Below the pieces are notes generated by a model. That model worked only from the letters and a program-made list of their open reading frames with translations, was not told the origin of the DNA and did not search any database. From positions 49,352,001-49,416,000 of the forward strand of contig NC_134478.1 of NCBI RefSeq assembly GCF_964194025.1: a stretch of DNA of 64,000 nucleotides, in the 5' to 3' direction. Both the position numbers and the translations under genes were made by a program. This stretch comes from Convolutriloba macropyga. Its lineage: Eukaryota. Each line of letters opens with the position of its first letter. Position 1 is the stretch's first letter. Below, piece by piece: positions 38,197 to 52,462 of the stretch.

Positions 38197-41100
38197 CTAA
38201 AACAAATTTATTAAAAAGACCTATGTGTAACTCAAACATTTGAATCTATTCTGTATCTATATCCCCCCATCCCCCTTTGACAGCAATGTAATGAAATAAT
38301 TAAATCCTAATCACTGGTAGTGAGTGACCAACAACTTTTCATTAATTTTAATAGAGTGGCATTACACAGTAAGTCAACTAATTTCTTTTTTGCTTTTCAA
38401 TTTTTGTATTTTGAATGTTTTTGATCATCAAATTAATTTTCAAATGCTTAACTATACTGGATTTTATATTGATAATGCCATTCACTTCAAATGATAAATT
38501 TGGTCGATTAAACTGCATTATTTTACTCATCACAAAAGAACGAATAAAACTATGTCTTAAAACGTTACGCTTCTGTTTTTTCTAATAACTATGTAACAAA
38601 CTCTGCAAGAGATACCAAACACGTTTATCTCGTTCAATTTTCTCAAAATTTTACTTCGTTTAAAATGAAGAAAAGGCAAATTGATGCCAGCTGCTATCAA
38701 GCATATCTTTTTACGTGTTTTTTCCATGTTATCGTAAATTTTTGCAAAAAGTTGATGTTTGTACGAAAAGTGTTGACGGAATGATGAATAGAAGCGAAGA
38801 CTTATCTTATTGGTGAAAAGTTTAACGATTTATGTTAATAAACCTGTGTCAAAACTTGCTGGTAGAAAAAAAACTCAGCATAGGGTCCAAAAAGGGAAAA
38901 ATCTTCAAATGTAATTCTGCTATTAATAGCAGTTTATCGTCAAATTCTCTGCATGTGGTTGGTAAACTTCTCTAGCAAAAAATTTATTTCGCTTAGATTT
39001 CAATATGTATGCCGTTTGTCGAACGCAATTTGACATTGCACTGATTTTTGTCAATTGTTTCTATTCTTTTGGTTATATCCAAATTTGGATTGCGGAAGAA
39101 TCGAATAAAACAATTTATCATTAGTAGACTTTTATGTAATAGTTAAACCGGACCAGTTGTTGATTTATAAAAAAATGAAATAGAATCATTTGATGAATAG
39201 ATGAACGGCAATCATTTTTTATTCTGTTTTCTGTTTTTTTCCTACGAAAAAGTCTTCTATTGGAAAAAAAATCTTGAACTACACATCTATCAAAGTTCAG
39301 CTGTCTTTAGTGTAGAAATTGCTCTGATCATAAATAATCCTTTATATGGAACTTCTGGTATAAATTTTGTTTTTCAACTGAAAAACTGCCAACTTATTCA
39401 GTTACTTTATCACTGATTAATAGCAAATTTTTTCTGCCATTAGAGAGTTAAGTGCTATCAGTTAAGTGTCAATAAGTGTCAATAAGTGTCAATCAATAGA
39501 GAACATGTCTATCGATAAATGTTTTACTTGGGCTTTTCCTTCGAGCATTTATCGAAGATTAAGATTTCGAGGAGGACAAGTTGACTGAATATCACTAGTT
39601 TTCTTCAGTTTTTGGATCATTTTGAGGTAGTTTATTTAAATTTGTCATGTTTTGTTCATGTTAAAACCATTGCAAAAGTTTTTCTCTTTTTGTCACTTTT
39701 TATTGCCTGCCGAACAGTTATTGCAATTAATGTAGTTAAAAGTTCTGCGAACATTTGGCTGCATTTAATTGTTTTTCTGCCTTTTTTTATAAGAATTAAC
39801 GTAATTTTTGCTGGTAAATATTTCAACATATTCAATTTAGCGTGCATTTTATTTTTTCATATAAAACGTAGTTGCTGAATTGCTTTGTGCAAATGTTTTT
39901 CGAATCTAAACACTTTCTTTGCTAAAGTTCTGTTTTTATGAGAAAAGTGTGTCAAATAAAAATTTCTACCATTTTTCTCCAGTAGATGAATATATTTACT
40001 AAAGAAACTTGTTAGAATCTTTTTATAGATTGGAAAAGGCAATCTGTACTTCATTATAATGAACTGGGATAAATTTCGCTATATTAGGTTTTTCGCTAAA
40101 TTAGACTTCTTTATTACCAAGTTGTAATTGTTTTCAGCCATTGTTGGGCTCACAGCAAAAAATTCATAATGAAATTAATTTTAGTTTTCCAAAAATTTTA
40201 CTGCAATTAGTTCCCAGAATACTTTTCAGTTATAATAAATTTGTTATGCTACGATTTTCCTCAAAATTCTTAACAAAAAGTACTTTGCCAAAGTTCAACT
40301 GATTTTGAAAATGTTCTTTCAATCTTCTTATCTGCTGAAATAGGTTTACTTTCCGTATAAAACAAACCTCAATTATTCTTGTGCTTGCCATTTTTCCAAA
40401 TTAAATACTTTTTCTTGAAATTTTGTGAACTTAAATTTTTGGCAAGTTACTTCGTGAGAAAGAACTGAAGCAAGATTTTCCATTTTTTTGCTACTTGAGA
40501 CTCTGAATCAAATTCTCGACTTAAAGAGCTTTTTTCTAAATGGTTCTCACAAACGATGTTTAATTAAGCAATCAATTAGCTGGCAGAGGCTATCAAGATA
40601 ATAAAAATCGTTTTGTGAGAAAACGTTAAGACTCAAATAAACACAAAAAATTCTCCATATAAATCAAGTGACTTTTAATACTTTTTTATATTTTTTTCCA
40701 CACTGAAAAATTTGCTCTATTTTTTTAGAAAGTATTTTTTCAAACGGTGATTGAAAAATTGTATTGGTCGTTTTCCTCGAGTAGAACCAATGCTCCTATT
40801 AAAAAGTCTTCTAATGTTGTTCTAAGCTTTTTTTCTCGTTTTTTGAGAGTTATCGTTTTGTTATCCTTTGTTTATCATTACAGGTTTTTGGTTCATTTTA
40901 CTCACATGGGCGTACAATAACTCACATAGCTGCCTGTTTGCTAAATGTTCTGATGTGCTCACTGTTCTGAAGTTTTATATTTCTGTAGGTCATTTCAATA
41001 TATCTGTTTTTTCGATAATTTTCGGTTTTTCCTGGTTGTTTCACATGTCTAAATATGTCATTTTCAGTTTATAAAACTAATATAATTAAACCATTTAAAT

Positions 41101-44100
41101 GAGTTGTTTTCCAGTTATAAAATATTTTAACGTTTTTGTGTATTGGAGGTCATCTGTAATCCAAATTGAGCACTAAGGTGGGCATAGATCTTCATAAAGG
41201 GGGAGGCTGATCAAAACCTAGCTCACGTTACAAAGGTTTTGTGCCTGTGGACTTAGGGTTTCGAGACCAGCGCGGACTAAAAGCACACAAAATGAATCTT
41301 TTCTGATTTTTACTCTATTTCGTAATGAGATTTAATTCTTCTTGGTTGCTCTGTATTTGAGCTCATTACACAAAATTCTCTTGTTTTTACTCCGGTTAGT
41401 TTTGTTTTATTATTCTTATTATGCTCACTAAAATCATTGGCCCGGATCACTCTGAATAAATTATTTAACCGGAATTTAACTGTGGGCCAACTAAGTATAT
41501 ATATCGTATGTATTGTCATTTTTCTTTGATTTAGAATCAAACTAATATCTTCTAGTAAGGGAAAGCACTCATTTCGCCTGAAGAAATAGTCGCTTTGTTA
41601 CCGCCATACGGTATTAAGACAAACTGAAAGGCAAAAGAGGGACAATTATCAATTAACATCAAAAGCGAGCTAGAGAATGGAAATTGACCATTAATATAGA
41701 CATCAATTTGGGTCATATTGCAACCATTTATTTTTTAATTGGGTACTGGCCTATAAAATAAATTTTATTTGAAAAGTTCGTTCTAAAACGCCGACGGCAT
41801 TGTAAGCTTTGATATTTTCAGGAGCATTTAGTTCAAAAGGCCTACAATGTATTTAGATATAACTAGTCTTTTTCTGTCAATGTAGACCTCAAAGAGGAAA
41901 GAACTATCAATTATAAATCAATAATAGCCTCTTTCTTCATAGAATCAAGATAATTCACAAAGATGATAATTATGTTGCGTTTTATGTCATGGCAGTGACG
42001 TCCATTAAAGATCGGAATTCTGGCTGCTAATTTGGGAAGAAATTGAAAAATTTACAATCTGTAAACAATTTAGTAAATTTAAATGGGTATGAGGGAGCCA
42101 ACGCGCAATGATGGCAGCAACCGAGAAAGGAGTGAAAATAATTAAATTCATTCTCACTACTTTTCAACCTTACTTGAGAGCCAAAATCCCCGTTTTCCCT
42201 GTTTTTCGCAACCATTTTATATTAATAAAATGAAAAGCGGGATGGGAAAAAGTCGCAAATTGTTAATTTTCCTCAAAGCTGAATTATCCGTTAATATTAT
42301 TCAGAAAAGCCATTTTTAGAGCAGATCGAAAACCACTGACCATTTCAAGTTAACTTTTTTCCGCGAATAGTGGTAACGCGTTATAATACTAGAGTAAAAC
42401 TCACATCCGACTGCATAAGATCAAACTCAGAAACCAGAAATTCTCTGATCCATGATATAACTAAAAAGCTAATCTGCTTTTTCTCGCTTTGTCTAACTGA
42501 ATTAATGAAAAAAGTTATGACTTTCGAAACAGTTGAACATTCCCCTTGCTTTTGCAAAAGTTAGTCCCTAATCCCTCTATTCCAAATTCATAGTCGTTCA
42601 TTTTAATTTTTTGTCCTCAGACCATAAGTTATTTTAGAAATTTTTCAAATACCCTCTGTGCCGAAATTGTTGAAAAAAAAGCAAGATAAAATTGTCTTTT
42701 TTCAAGTTTCCTATCTACACTCTAACACGTTTTAACTAAATGCCTTATAGGACGAGGAAGTTAATTATACTAGTTGAGAAATTTGTTCACAAAATAATTA
42801 CAAAATTATCAGTGTCTCATTATACGAATACAATTCACTTTTAATGCATTAATTAAAAACAGTAACGTAAATTAAAAATTAGAGATGAAATATTTGCAAT
42901 TCAATCCAGAGACCCAAAGACAGCTGTTTTTCAACTGAGAAGACTTATTCAGTCAGCAGTTTTCTGAGTTTGGAGCACTATTTCTCAAAACCTATTTGAT
43001 TAATCTAAACACTGCTTATTTTCAAAAAGTTCCTTTCTGAAATTAGACCTTATCTACTGTTTCGTTCGTTATTTTTTAGTTCGTCTTTACGGTTACGGTA
43101 CAAATTTGTACTGAATTTTAATTGCGGTTAGGTGCAAGGAATTGAAGATTTCTGGCCTTTATAATTTTTCACAGATATTCGTAAAAGATGGTAGATTTTC
43201 ATTCCCTCGCTCAAACTGAAACCAGTTTGGATCATGAGTTGTTTACATAGTTTTTTTCAATATGTCTCCTTGTAATGACTCCGATAGTCACACATATGAA
43301 AGATGTAGTATTAAATCATGCTTCGTTTGTATTTCCTTTTTACATATTTTGTTATGATCACCAATAAGATGTCATAATACCAAAGCACTGATGCCAAATA
43401 TCGGCATGATGAACTTCAGGGTTCTGAAATTACGTGTCAAAAGGTCGAAAAGTATTTCACCGCTTAAATTTGCATGTGATAGAAAATTTTGCCAATCGAA
43501 CTGTGAATTTTTTACCTACGTAGGACAAGTTTGTATTTTGCTGGTTTACGAATACTTGACGCACTTCATTGCAGTTTTATTTTCGAGTGGTTTAGATGAA
43601 AAAATATCCTGGCGCTCACTGTTAATCTCGGCAAATCCTCGAAAGCAATTTGTTCCTTAACTTCAGTGTCTTAGCTTCAACATTCGCGGCAGACATTTTT
43701 TGAAACCATTTAAAGTAATATGAAGATCTCTTCTCTGCTGCCGCTTGAACTTAGTCTTGACACATTAGCTCCAATGCAGAAGACGGAAGACAAAAGAGTC
43801 ATTTTTTATATTTTATTTTTGAAAAATATCCTGAAAAACTTTGATTAGTAAAACGGCTGGTCATTTACAATGCAACGAGCTTCATTTTTAAATTTTGCTT
43901 TCTAGGATATCAGAAATCGAAAAATGTGTATCCAGCTTTGAAACAAAATCAATATAATTAATTTATTTTTGAGTTCTCCGCAGAATGTTGGGTTTATGGT
44001 AAGTTTTGCTAATTGTGATGGTTGAAAATGTGCAACGAATAACTCAAAAAAAGTAAGTTTTATCAGCAACCACGTTTTAGAATTAGATGGTGGTCAGCAC

Positions 44101-45455
44101 GCCATGACAACTGTGACGGTTAGGAAAGCTAGTTCAGACTTGCTGCAAAATGGGAGATATCAATCCCATTTGTCCCTGATGCATGTTTTTGGGTAAGCGC
44201 AGACAACAGTGACTAGTTTTTGTAGCTGCTACCCACACTCAGCATCACTGTTTGCCAAACCAACCACTGTTACCCTTGCTGACAGTATTTACTTTCCACG
44301 TTAGTTAGCAACGTGCCAATTAGATTGAAATGAAAGGGAAGCTATATGGAAGCTAAATGAAAAATTAGCAGTTTCTCCACCCTTCATATTAGGTCTCACG
44401 AGAACAATTAACTCTTAATAATGAATTAGGTCTAATTAATTAAAATTATTTTCAAGAATTAATTAAAATTCTATTCAAGCAAGTTTTAGGCTAACTGTAT
44501 AGTTTTGTGACCAATTTAGTGGCTCAAAATTGTCGTGAATGCTTGCGTTTTCCATGGTTACAAGAATTAAAATTCGTACAATTTTGTCACTGATGTCCAC
44601 AATTAACGTATCACTTTTTGATCGTGGACAAAATTTTCCGTAAAATGGAAATATGTGACGAGGTCTTTTCACTGTTTTCCTCGCCAAGCCCAAAAGTTCT
44701 CAATATTTCAAAATGTTCCTTTCACTAAGTAACTAAGTAGATTAATTTTATTCGCAAGTGAGAGATGAGAGTGATAGTGTTTCGTTAGGGCATTTTTCTT
44801 TTTTATCACACTTTTTTAGTTCTCAAATGCATGTGAACAAACAACTTGTGTTTCGTTGCACCTCAACATAAAAATAATCCAATTTTTATTTTCAATCATC
44901 TGAAATTGATCAATTGTAAAATCCAAAAGTTCCTACTTAGTTTGAAATTTTAAGCATCATGAGTTATCTTAACTTCTGTTTTGTCAGTTATTGGTAGCTA
45001 TAAACTGTAAGTGGTTGTAAATTGTTGGTGTAATAAACTGTTGAGCACTCTATAGCCCTGGAAAAGGTAGATAAAAAATAAATTATGACTTCAAAGAGCC
45101 TGTTTCATATTCACACTTATTCAAAGTGTCTAACATGTATTAAAAAATTGAACCTGTATGAAATTTTGCGTCTCCCCCCATTCTCAAATGAATAAGAAAT
45201 GTAAAGTCAAGTAACTCTACGGCGATAAAAATTTGATAGATGATAACAAATTTGAACTGCAAAAGAGCAGTTCTACTTATTTCCACTCCGATTAGAGTTT
45301 AAACATCATATTTACCCCTGCATTAATCACCGCCGCTTAATTCAAAACCTCAAATGTTTCACCCCAAACCCCTTTTGCAGACCAGAAGACCCTGTTAGTA
45401 TCGCAAAAAGATCCTAAAAGCACTGTCAAAACGCAGTGCCGGTAAGACATAGAAC

Positions 45456-45574
45456 GGTTAAGTGACTCTGCTTGAAGTCACTGAGATCGAGAATCTGGCG
45501 TTTATCGAGAACCGCGAAGCGGTTCGAGATATTAAGTCAGAATTTCGAAGTGACTTCTACGGAGTCACTTAACC
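45456..45574. repeat. ~120-bp imperfect palindrome with central GAACCGC-GAA-GCGGTTC hairpin
   Basis: GGTTAAGTGACTC...GAAGTCACT pairs with AGTGACTTC...GAGTCACTTAACC. Confidence 0.85.
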
Positions 45575-45826
45575 ATGCTTAAAACACGAAACGCGCACGT
45601 TTTAAACTGACGAAAGTCAATGAAAGTCAACTTCTGGTTAAGTAACAGTTTCTGGCATTTTGACTTCTGACACTCAAGACTTTCGGCATTTTAAAATGTG
45701 CACGTGAGTGTTTTAATTAAAAAAATTTAATTGATTCCCTCGCAGTCTATTACCTCGGATAATTACAGCTGCCACATCATCAGTATGGTATCATACTACT
45801 ATTATCACTTCATTTGAAGAAACATG

Positions 45827-45973
45827 GGATCTATTCTGTTTTACCCCCGGCAGATGTTTTAAGACGCCCTGGCGCACGTGCACTATTTTTACATATAGTA
45901 ACGAGCTATATAACAACTCATAATTTGTAACTGGGGGTCATAAAAACACTGGGGGCCGAAACAGAATAGATGC
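45827..45973. mobile_element. GG-ended MITE with 8-bp TSD (GAAACATG / GAATCATG)
   Basis: GGATCTATTCTGTTT...AAACAGAATAGATGC; flanks match 7/8. Confidence 0.8.
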
Positions 45974-46104
45974 GAATCATGTACCTTATTCCATCCAAAA
46001 CCGTTAATTTAATATTGGATTTCAACTCAGAAGATCATATCCAACAATTTTTTATCTGTCAAAGCAGATTTCTAACCCCCCACGAAAGAGAATAAAGAAA
46101 AATG

Positions 46105-46264
46105 GGATCTAATCTGTTTCGCCCCCCCCCAGTGTTTTTATGACCCACAGTTACATATTATATGTTGTTATATAACACGTTACTATGTAAGAAAATAGCA
46201 CGTGCGCCTGGGGGTCATACAAGATTTATGCTCACTAAGCTGGAGGGGGGGACAGAATAGATCC
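46105..46264. mobile_element. GG-ended MITE with 8-bp TSD (GAAAAATG / GAAAAGTG), inverted relative to the 45827 copy
   Basis: GGATCTAATCTGT...ACAGAATAGATCC; interior is the reverse complement of the 45827-45973 interior; flanks match 7/8. Confidence 0.8.
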
Positions 46265-46334
46265 GAAAAGTGCATTGTAGTAAAAGAGAGTTTACTTTAC
46301 TTTCTTCCTCATTCTCTGAATACAAATTCCGGTT

Positions 46335-46505
46335 GCGGAAAGAAACCCCCACGGAAAAAATCCCCGCTTCATTTTAGATAGGAATTAAACCCCCACGGAA
46401 ATAAACCCCCACGCAAATAAACCCCCACTTTACTATTAAAGAGCTACGCATTTAGCGCGTTTGGCCATGCTTCGCGGGCCATGGCCATGCCTCAGCGGCC
46501 CGTGG
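46335..46505. mobile_element. Probable DNA-transposon end with AAACCCCCACG subterminal repeats
   Basis: Five AAA(C/T)CCCC(C)AC-type motifs followed by a GC-rich GGCCATG repeat. Confidence 0.45.
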
Positions 46506-49149
46506 GACTTGATATGAAACTATCACAACTGAACAAATTATCACGACCGAATATCAATTATAAAGTTACAATTGTTGTGACTGTGTTAGGGCCCGTGGTA
46601 ATTGTTGGTTACATGTTTTGTTACAACTAGAATGATAATTTAACCTTGAATATTCTCTTTCAGGGTGCTCAGCAAAAATTCAAATTGCCTTAGACACACT
46701 GGAGACAAAGTTAATCTCGGTTAAATCAATCTCAATATAAAATTATTTCTCGCGTAATTTTAGTTTTCTTCGTACTGATTTCAGCTGAAGAGTCAGGTCA
46801 CGTCTGCAAAGGAAATTATTTAGGCATCAACTTTTTATAGGCAACTTTTCAATTCAAAACCTGATTACCAGAAACAGGGAAAATTAGCTATGGTTTTTAA
46901 AGAAAACAGGAGGCAATTTTGTTTGCTGAGAACAACCTCAAAAAGGGACAAAAATCAAAGCAATTTTAAGACTTCCATATCAGAAAGTTTCCAATTCAAA
47001 AGTCTAAAAAACCAAAATAAACTCAGAAAATTTCTTGACAGATTTTGTCAAGAATTTTCCATCGGGTAGTTTTGAGCTCTTGGTCAACAATTTGTTGTAC
47101 TGCAATCAAGTCCATGAATCCACAATTTCATTCATAAAGAGAGTGGCAATAATATTGGAACTACTTGAAACAATGCAAATACTTTTAATCAAATACTTTA
47201 AAAAACATAATATCAGCTGAATTCCAAATACAAATTTTCCTTCAAATTTGAACGAACTGATATCAGTTCAAATTAATTCAAGTTAACTTTTTTATAATAT
47301 TGCAGCGGTAAAGTTGCTTCAGAAAAAATTGTTTGTTTTTGTCACACGAAAAAATGTGGAAAATTTTATAATTATATACACTATAAAACTTTTTAGATGA
47401 ACCAAATTTAAAATTACTATAAAAATTATTTGCTAAATCATGGGACATTGTTGAAATTGGGTTGAGAGGGAGAGAGAGAAAGAGTTCTCATGTCGAAAAA
47501 AAATTCTTTGAGTCTCATTCCTCTGAACAATCAAATATCTATTTAGAACCGGAACCTATCACCAATTAAAACGAGCACAAACCATCTAAGAACAACATAA
47601 ACCAATCTAAAATGACATTTGAGGCTTAAATTTGGTGCCATAAAATGTTATACAATTTTTGATTAACGATGCTTTGCCTGAGTAATTAATTTCATTATTT
47701 TAAACAAAAAGAGGGACTACCCGTATCGAGACCGAATGGTTATCTTGTAAGAACTTGCAAGTTTCTTGCAAAAAATGGTTAACTTGTAAGAACTTGCAAG
47801 TGAATGGTTAACTTGTAAGAACTTGCAAGTCGAATGGTTAACTTGTAAGAACTTGCAAGTCGAATGGTTAACTTGTAAGTTTCAGTCCAAACTGAAAAAC
47901 ACACTGAAAACCGAATTTTTGATTAACTTCATCTAAGATTATTGGCAGTTATATCAAAGTTTCTTGAATTCAAGTTCATTTGACGAAAAAGGACTCCTCT
48001 TAAGCTGCACTAGCGAAAAAAATTCCAAAAAATTTTGACTGTTCAAAGTTTCTGACTTTATTAACTTTTATTGAGAAGAAGTTGAGAAGAATATGTTGTG
48101 GTCCATATTATGAATTTTCGCGGGTGGTTAAAATAATAATAATAAATTTGTTATTGTTGTCTGCCATTTTATGAAAAAATAAGTAAAAATTATCACTTGA
48201 ATGTTTTTCTTTGTACTTTCATCGTAATTTTTTAAACTTTCTTGTTGACATTCTCTACAAAGAACGTTAAAACTGCACATATTGGCCAACTGATATCTCA
48301 ATGATTGTTGTGATTTAACACGAGTTTGAGGGTCCTGCTTTCCCTTTGAGAAATTGCTGCTTAGCCGAAAGGAAACAAAAGTATTTTTTGCAATTTTTGA
48401 GGCGTTCAACGTTCTGTTTCGATCCGGGGCGATTCAAACTTCATAAAGCAGCTCTAAATCTTTCTTGTAAAGACGAAACTATTCCAAGTAGAAGGAAATG
48501 CCAAAAAACGTCAAATATCATGACTGTTTTACTGTAAATTAAACGACTTGTTCATATTTTACATTTTTTCTCAAACTTATTTGCCTAAAAATATTTGGTC
48601 TCTTAATTTTGTGCAAACTATACTAGTGTTTAAAAAAGCTCATTTAGTGGGGAATATTGAACATTGTACCAAAATTGTGAGGTTCTATGAAATACCAAAA
48701 AGAAGAGCAAAACTTTGACAAAACTCCGAAAAAACTACGCTTTTTCACTGAAAAAACCTCAAAAAATAACCATTTTAACAGTCAGCTGCAGGTTGTTTGT
48801 GATCAAAATGTCGCTCATTTCCTTGCCGTTCCAAATCAATACTTTTTCGGTTAAATTTTATGTTATTTTTTTCTAAGGGTCCAAAACTTCCTGTAACTTC
48901 CAATGCAGCAGAAAATAGGAAATTTGATAGTCGTAAAATTTTTGTCAATGAAATGTTTCAGAATTGCACAATCGGATTTCTGCTACCAAAAGCAGAATGG
49001 CTGTTCCTGAAAAACAGAAGGACATCAAATGATAGGCTCTCTTGGTAGAAAAAGTGAAGTGCAAGGACCATTATTTAAAAGTCAACACGTGATTCAATTT
49101 CTCTGTACTTTCAAGGATTACTTTTTAAAACTTTCTGGTTGACATTCTC

Positions 49150-49358
49150 NNNNNNNNNNNNNNNNNNNNNNNNNNNNNNNNNNNNNNNNNNNNNNNNNNN
49201 NNNNNNNNNNNNNNNNNNNNNNNNNNNNNNNNNNNNNNNNNNNNNNNNNNNNNNNNNNNNNNNNNNNNNNNNNNNNNNNNNNNNNNNNNNNNNNNNNNNN
49301 NNNNNNNNNNNNNNNNNNNNNNNNNNNNNNNNNNNNNNNNNNNNNNNNNNNNNNNNNN
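49150..49358. other. Assembly gap
   Basis: N run. Confidence 0.99.
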
Positions 49359-49826
49359 ATGAAAAATTTCTCTTTGTTATAGCCAGGACTTCAACCCGTC
49401 GACAACCCTTTGGCAACCCATCGTCAGCCCATTGGCAACCCATCGGCAACCCATCTTCATTCAACCCAAGAAAACAGAGAGAAAAACCCAAGAAAATCAA
49501 GAAATTTGAAAAAAAAATCAAGAAAATTGAAAAAGGAAATGAAAAAAAGAAGATGAAGAACACCTTTTCTGATGCTTTAGATTAATAATTTTGATGATTT
49601 TTTTGTTCTTTTGTCGATGCGCAGAATATGTGTACATTCATATCTTGCGACGTTTTACTGTTTTTTTACACCATAGGCAGAATGGTTATCTTGTAAGAAC
49701 TTGCAAGTTTCTGGCAGAAAAACTTGCGAGGCGATGCATCGCCTTGTAAGTTTCTGCCAGAAACTTGCAAGTTCTTACAAGATTAACATTCGCAAGATGA
49801 AGAGTTATCTTGTAAGAGCCTTGTAA

Positions 49827-50043
49827 GTCGAATGGTTAACTTGTAAGAGCCTTGTAAGTCGAATGGTTAACTTGTAAGAGCCTTGTAAGTCGAATGGTTA
49901 ACTTGTAAGAGCCTTGTAAGTCGAATGGTTAACTTGTAAGAGCCTTGTAAGTCGAATGGTTAACTTGTAAGAGCCTTGTAAGTCGAATGGTTAACTTGTA
50001 AGAATTTGCAAGTCGAATGGTTATCTTGTAAGAACTTGCAAGT
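49827..50043 (+). repeat. 31-bp tandem array GTCGAATGGTTAACTTGTAAGAGCCTTGTAA (7 units)
   Basis: Unit starts at 49827, 49858, 49889, 49920, 49951, 49982 and 50013; related array at 47735-47880. Confidence 0.95.
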
Positions 50044-51629
50044 TTTTGGAAGAAAAACTTGCAAGGCGATGCATCGCCTTGTAAGTTTCTGCCAGAAACT
50101 TGCAAGTTCTTACAAGATAACCATTCGGACTCGACCCGGGTATAGAGCTATTGAAAGAGTAGAACTGAATTAGTTTCATTAAAGAACAGTTTGCAGATCT
50201 TATATCTGAGCCCAATATGTAACAAATCTTCTATGCAATTAACTTTAAAAACTAGGAGTTTTAACTGGAAAATTAACAGTTTTCGTAACAGGATAGTAAT
50301 TTGACAAAGTTAACCTCACTTACAAAAATTCGTTTAATTTCAATTTCACACGCTTAAAATGTCAGAAAATCGACTTTCATCTTCAATTTAACAACATCTG
50401 TTTCGTCGTCTCTTCCATTAGAATCGCGCAAAATTATTGCACAAACTCCATCAGGATGTGTATGGTTTCTATGCATTACCACTATTGACGTAAAACTCGA
50501 CTCTTTAGGTTTGAAATTACCTAATTTTATACCATTATTTGTAAAAATTATATCTAGAAGTAGCAGTCTGCGCAATTTGAGAGTTGAGTGGCAGATTAAA
50601 TCAACAAATTCAAAAACCAACGATATGAACAAGTACCATGAACTGAAATAAATCAAAGTTTACGCAACGGAAATACTGTCGCAGATAATACCTCTGAAAC
50701 CAGTTAATTTCGCTCATCAGATTGGAAAAGTCAGTCTCATGAGTTATATATTTCTGAGTTCGAAGAATCAAGGGATCTACTTGAAGCTCTCTCAGTGACA
50801 GATACCAAACAATCAAGCAAAACTTTTATCTGGTCCTCGGACGACACTGGATGGAATTTCTCCTCAGTGAGCAAAAATAGAACCGTAGTTCTTGTTATCT
50901 AGTATATGTAAATACTTGTGATAACTTCAGATAACAAATAATAATGAACCGGATATATCAACAATCTCTGATTTGCTAAATCGCTTAAATGAAATCTAAT
51001 TACAAGACTAAGAATAAAATTCTTGTTTTTAATCGTGGAACAAGGAACTAATTAAAGTTTTTGGTCAATGGACACTCACGTTATATTTAAAACAAAAAGA
51101 CTTAAATTTTAATACAAAACCGTTCAATTATTCAAAGTAATTTTTTCTGGAGAGACATTAGGTCGGAAAACAGATTTAACGTTCACATTACTTTGACTGC
51201 CGTTATGTTCGGAAAATGAAAAAGTACTCTACAAAATCTGTTATATGCAACAATTTAATTTTATTTAAACAAATCAAGAGCCCCGTCTCTGGATTATAGA
51301 GTTTTTAATTCATTCACAATCTTTTTTAAAAAATGCATGAGTCAAATACTAGCTATTGGCTATTTTGGCCTAAAATTGTCTTTTGATAGGGCACAAGAAA
51401 ACATGAATTTTGTCATAGAATGGTTTTTTGATAGAGCAGTTTAAAATATAACATTCGTCAGCAGTCCAGATCACAGGGGATGTGGTCTGGCTGGGCATTT
51501 TTATACATCAATTGAACAGACTCATAATCTTATTCAAAAAATATTAAGGGTGAAGAGTTTTCTACGACAATAATATCTATGCATTACAAGATGCATCCTC
51601 TGACAGAACCTTACAGAATGAATGAATGA

Positions 51630-52045
51630 TTGATTAGAATTTATAATACCTATATTCAACCAGTTCTTCAGTACGGTGTGTTGAACTACGGAACAACAAA
51701 TAAAACATAGATCATGAAAATTAAAATTTACTAAAGATTCAATCTTTTGTCTTCAGTTTGAAGAGAAACGATTTTGTCGAAAAATTACGAGTGAAACGTA
51801 AACTATGCATTGTGAACGAACTCCAAGTACACTGATAAAGTATTAAAAGGAGAAATAGGCGGAACCAAACAATTTTGAACGGGAATTTTTTTGAAGAAGA
51901 GGTGAGGTTGTTTGCATGGGATAAAAGAAGAGTCCAGTTGAAACTAAGCAAAACAACCAAAGGAAATACAAAGATGATACGGAGCAGAGTGAGGCGACTA
52001 ACTAATAAGGTTGTAAATATAGATAGAGGCATAATAAACAATTTT
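51630..52045 (+). mobile_element. CR1/L2-type LINE 3' remnant
   Basis: Plus strand from ~51637 reads EFYNTYIQPVLQYGVLNYGTTNKT*, typical of the post-RT region of CR1/L2 ORF2; ends with AATAAAC. Confidence 0.65.
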
Positions 52046-52462
52046 TAACCCCAAATTCTGATACCGCCAACTCATTTTGAAATAATAATCAAGACAATTA
52101 CATATGCGGTACCGAAGATCTTTTTTGCTACTTTTTATGGTTTGAAACAGTTGATCCGAGGGTGTGTTAGCTCTTAATTTGTATTTCATTGTCAAAATGC
52201 CAAAAAGATTCAACAAGCAAACCGCTCCGTGAAACCTACGCTTCAAAGATCCAATAGGGAGGAATTGGGGCTGTGGGGGGGGGGTTGAAAAGTTAGCATC
52301 CAACCAATTCTGACTATCTTCTACGGCATCAGCTCGATGATCTTCAGCCTTGCAACATCCACCCCAGAATGTAACAGACAAAAAAGGAGGGGGCTTTAAA
52401 ATTGGTCTTACAGATGCAAAATTTTTAATAATTCCTAGTATACTTGCAACCATGTATCTTAC

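Larger units (their letters stand above)
47720..50140. mobile_element. CCC-ended non-autonomous DNA transposon (EnSpm/CACTA-like), 2-bp TSD TA
   Basis: TA|CCCGTATCGAGACCGAATGGTTATCTTGTAAGAACTTGCAAG ... CTTGCAAGTTCTTACAAGATAACCATTCGGACTCGACCCGGG|TA; 31-bp subterminal arrays at both ends. Contains an assembly gap, so continuity is assumed. Confidence 0.7.

Noticed and set aside
39430-40560. Possible decayed LINE on the minus strand (a similar case at ~59800-60670)
   Set aside because: Composition is suggestive but I could not read a diagnostic endonuclease or RT motif.
44089-44192. Possible plus-strand micro-exon (AG...GG|GTAAGC)
   Set aside because: No polypyrimidine tract, uninformative translation, no partner exons.
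49827-50043. CRISPR-like array
   Set aside because: Contiguous 31-bp units with no unique spacers, no cas genes, eukaryotic context.
50700-50725. Hammerhead ribozyme core CTGATGAGCGAAA on the minus strand
   Set aside because: No room for stem II and no evident stems I/III.
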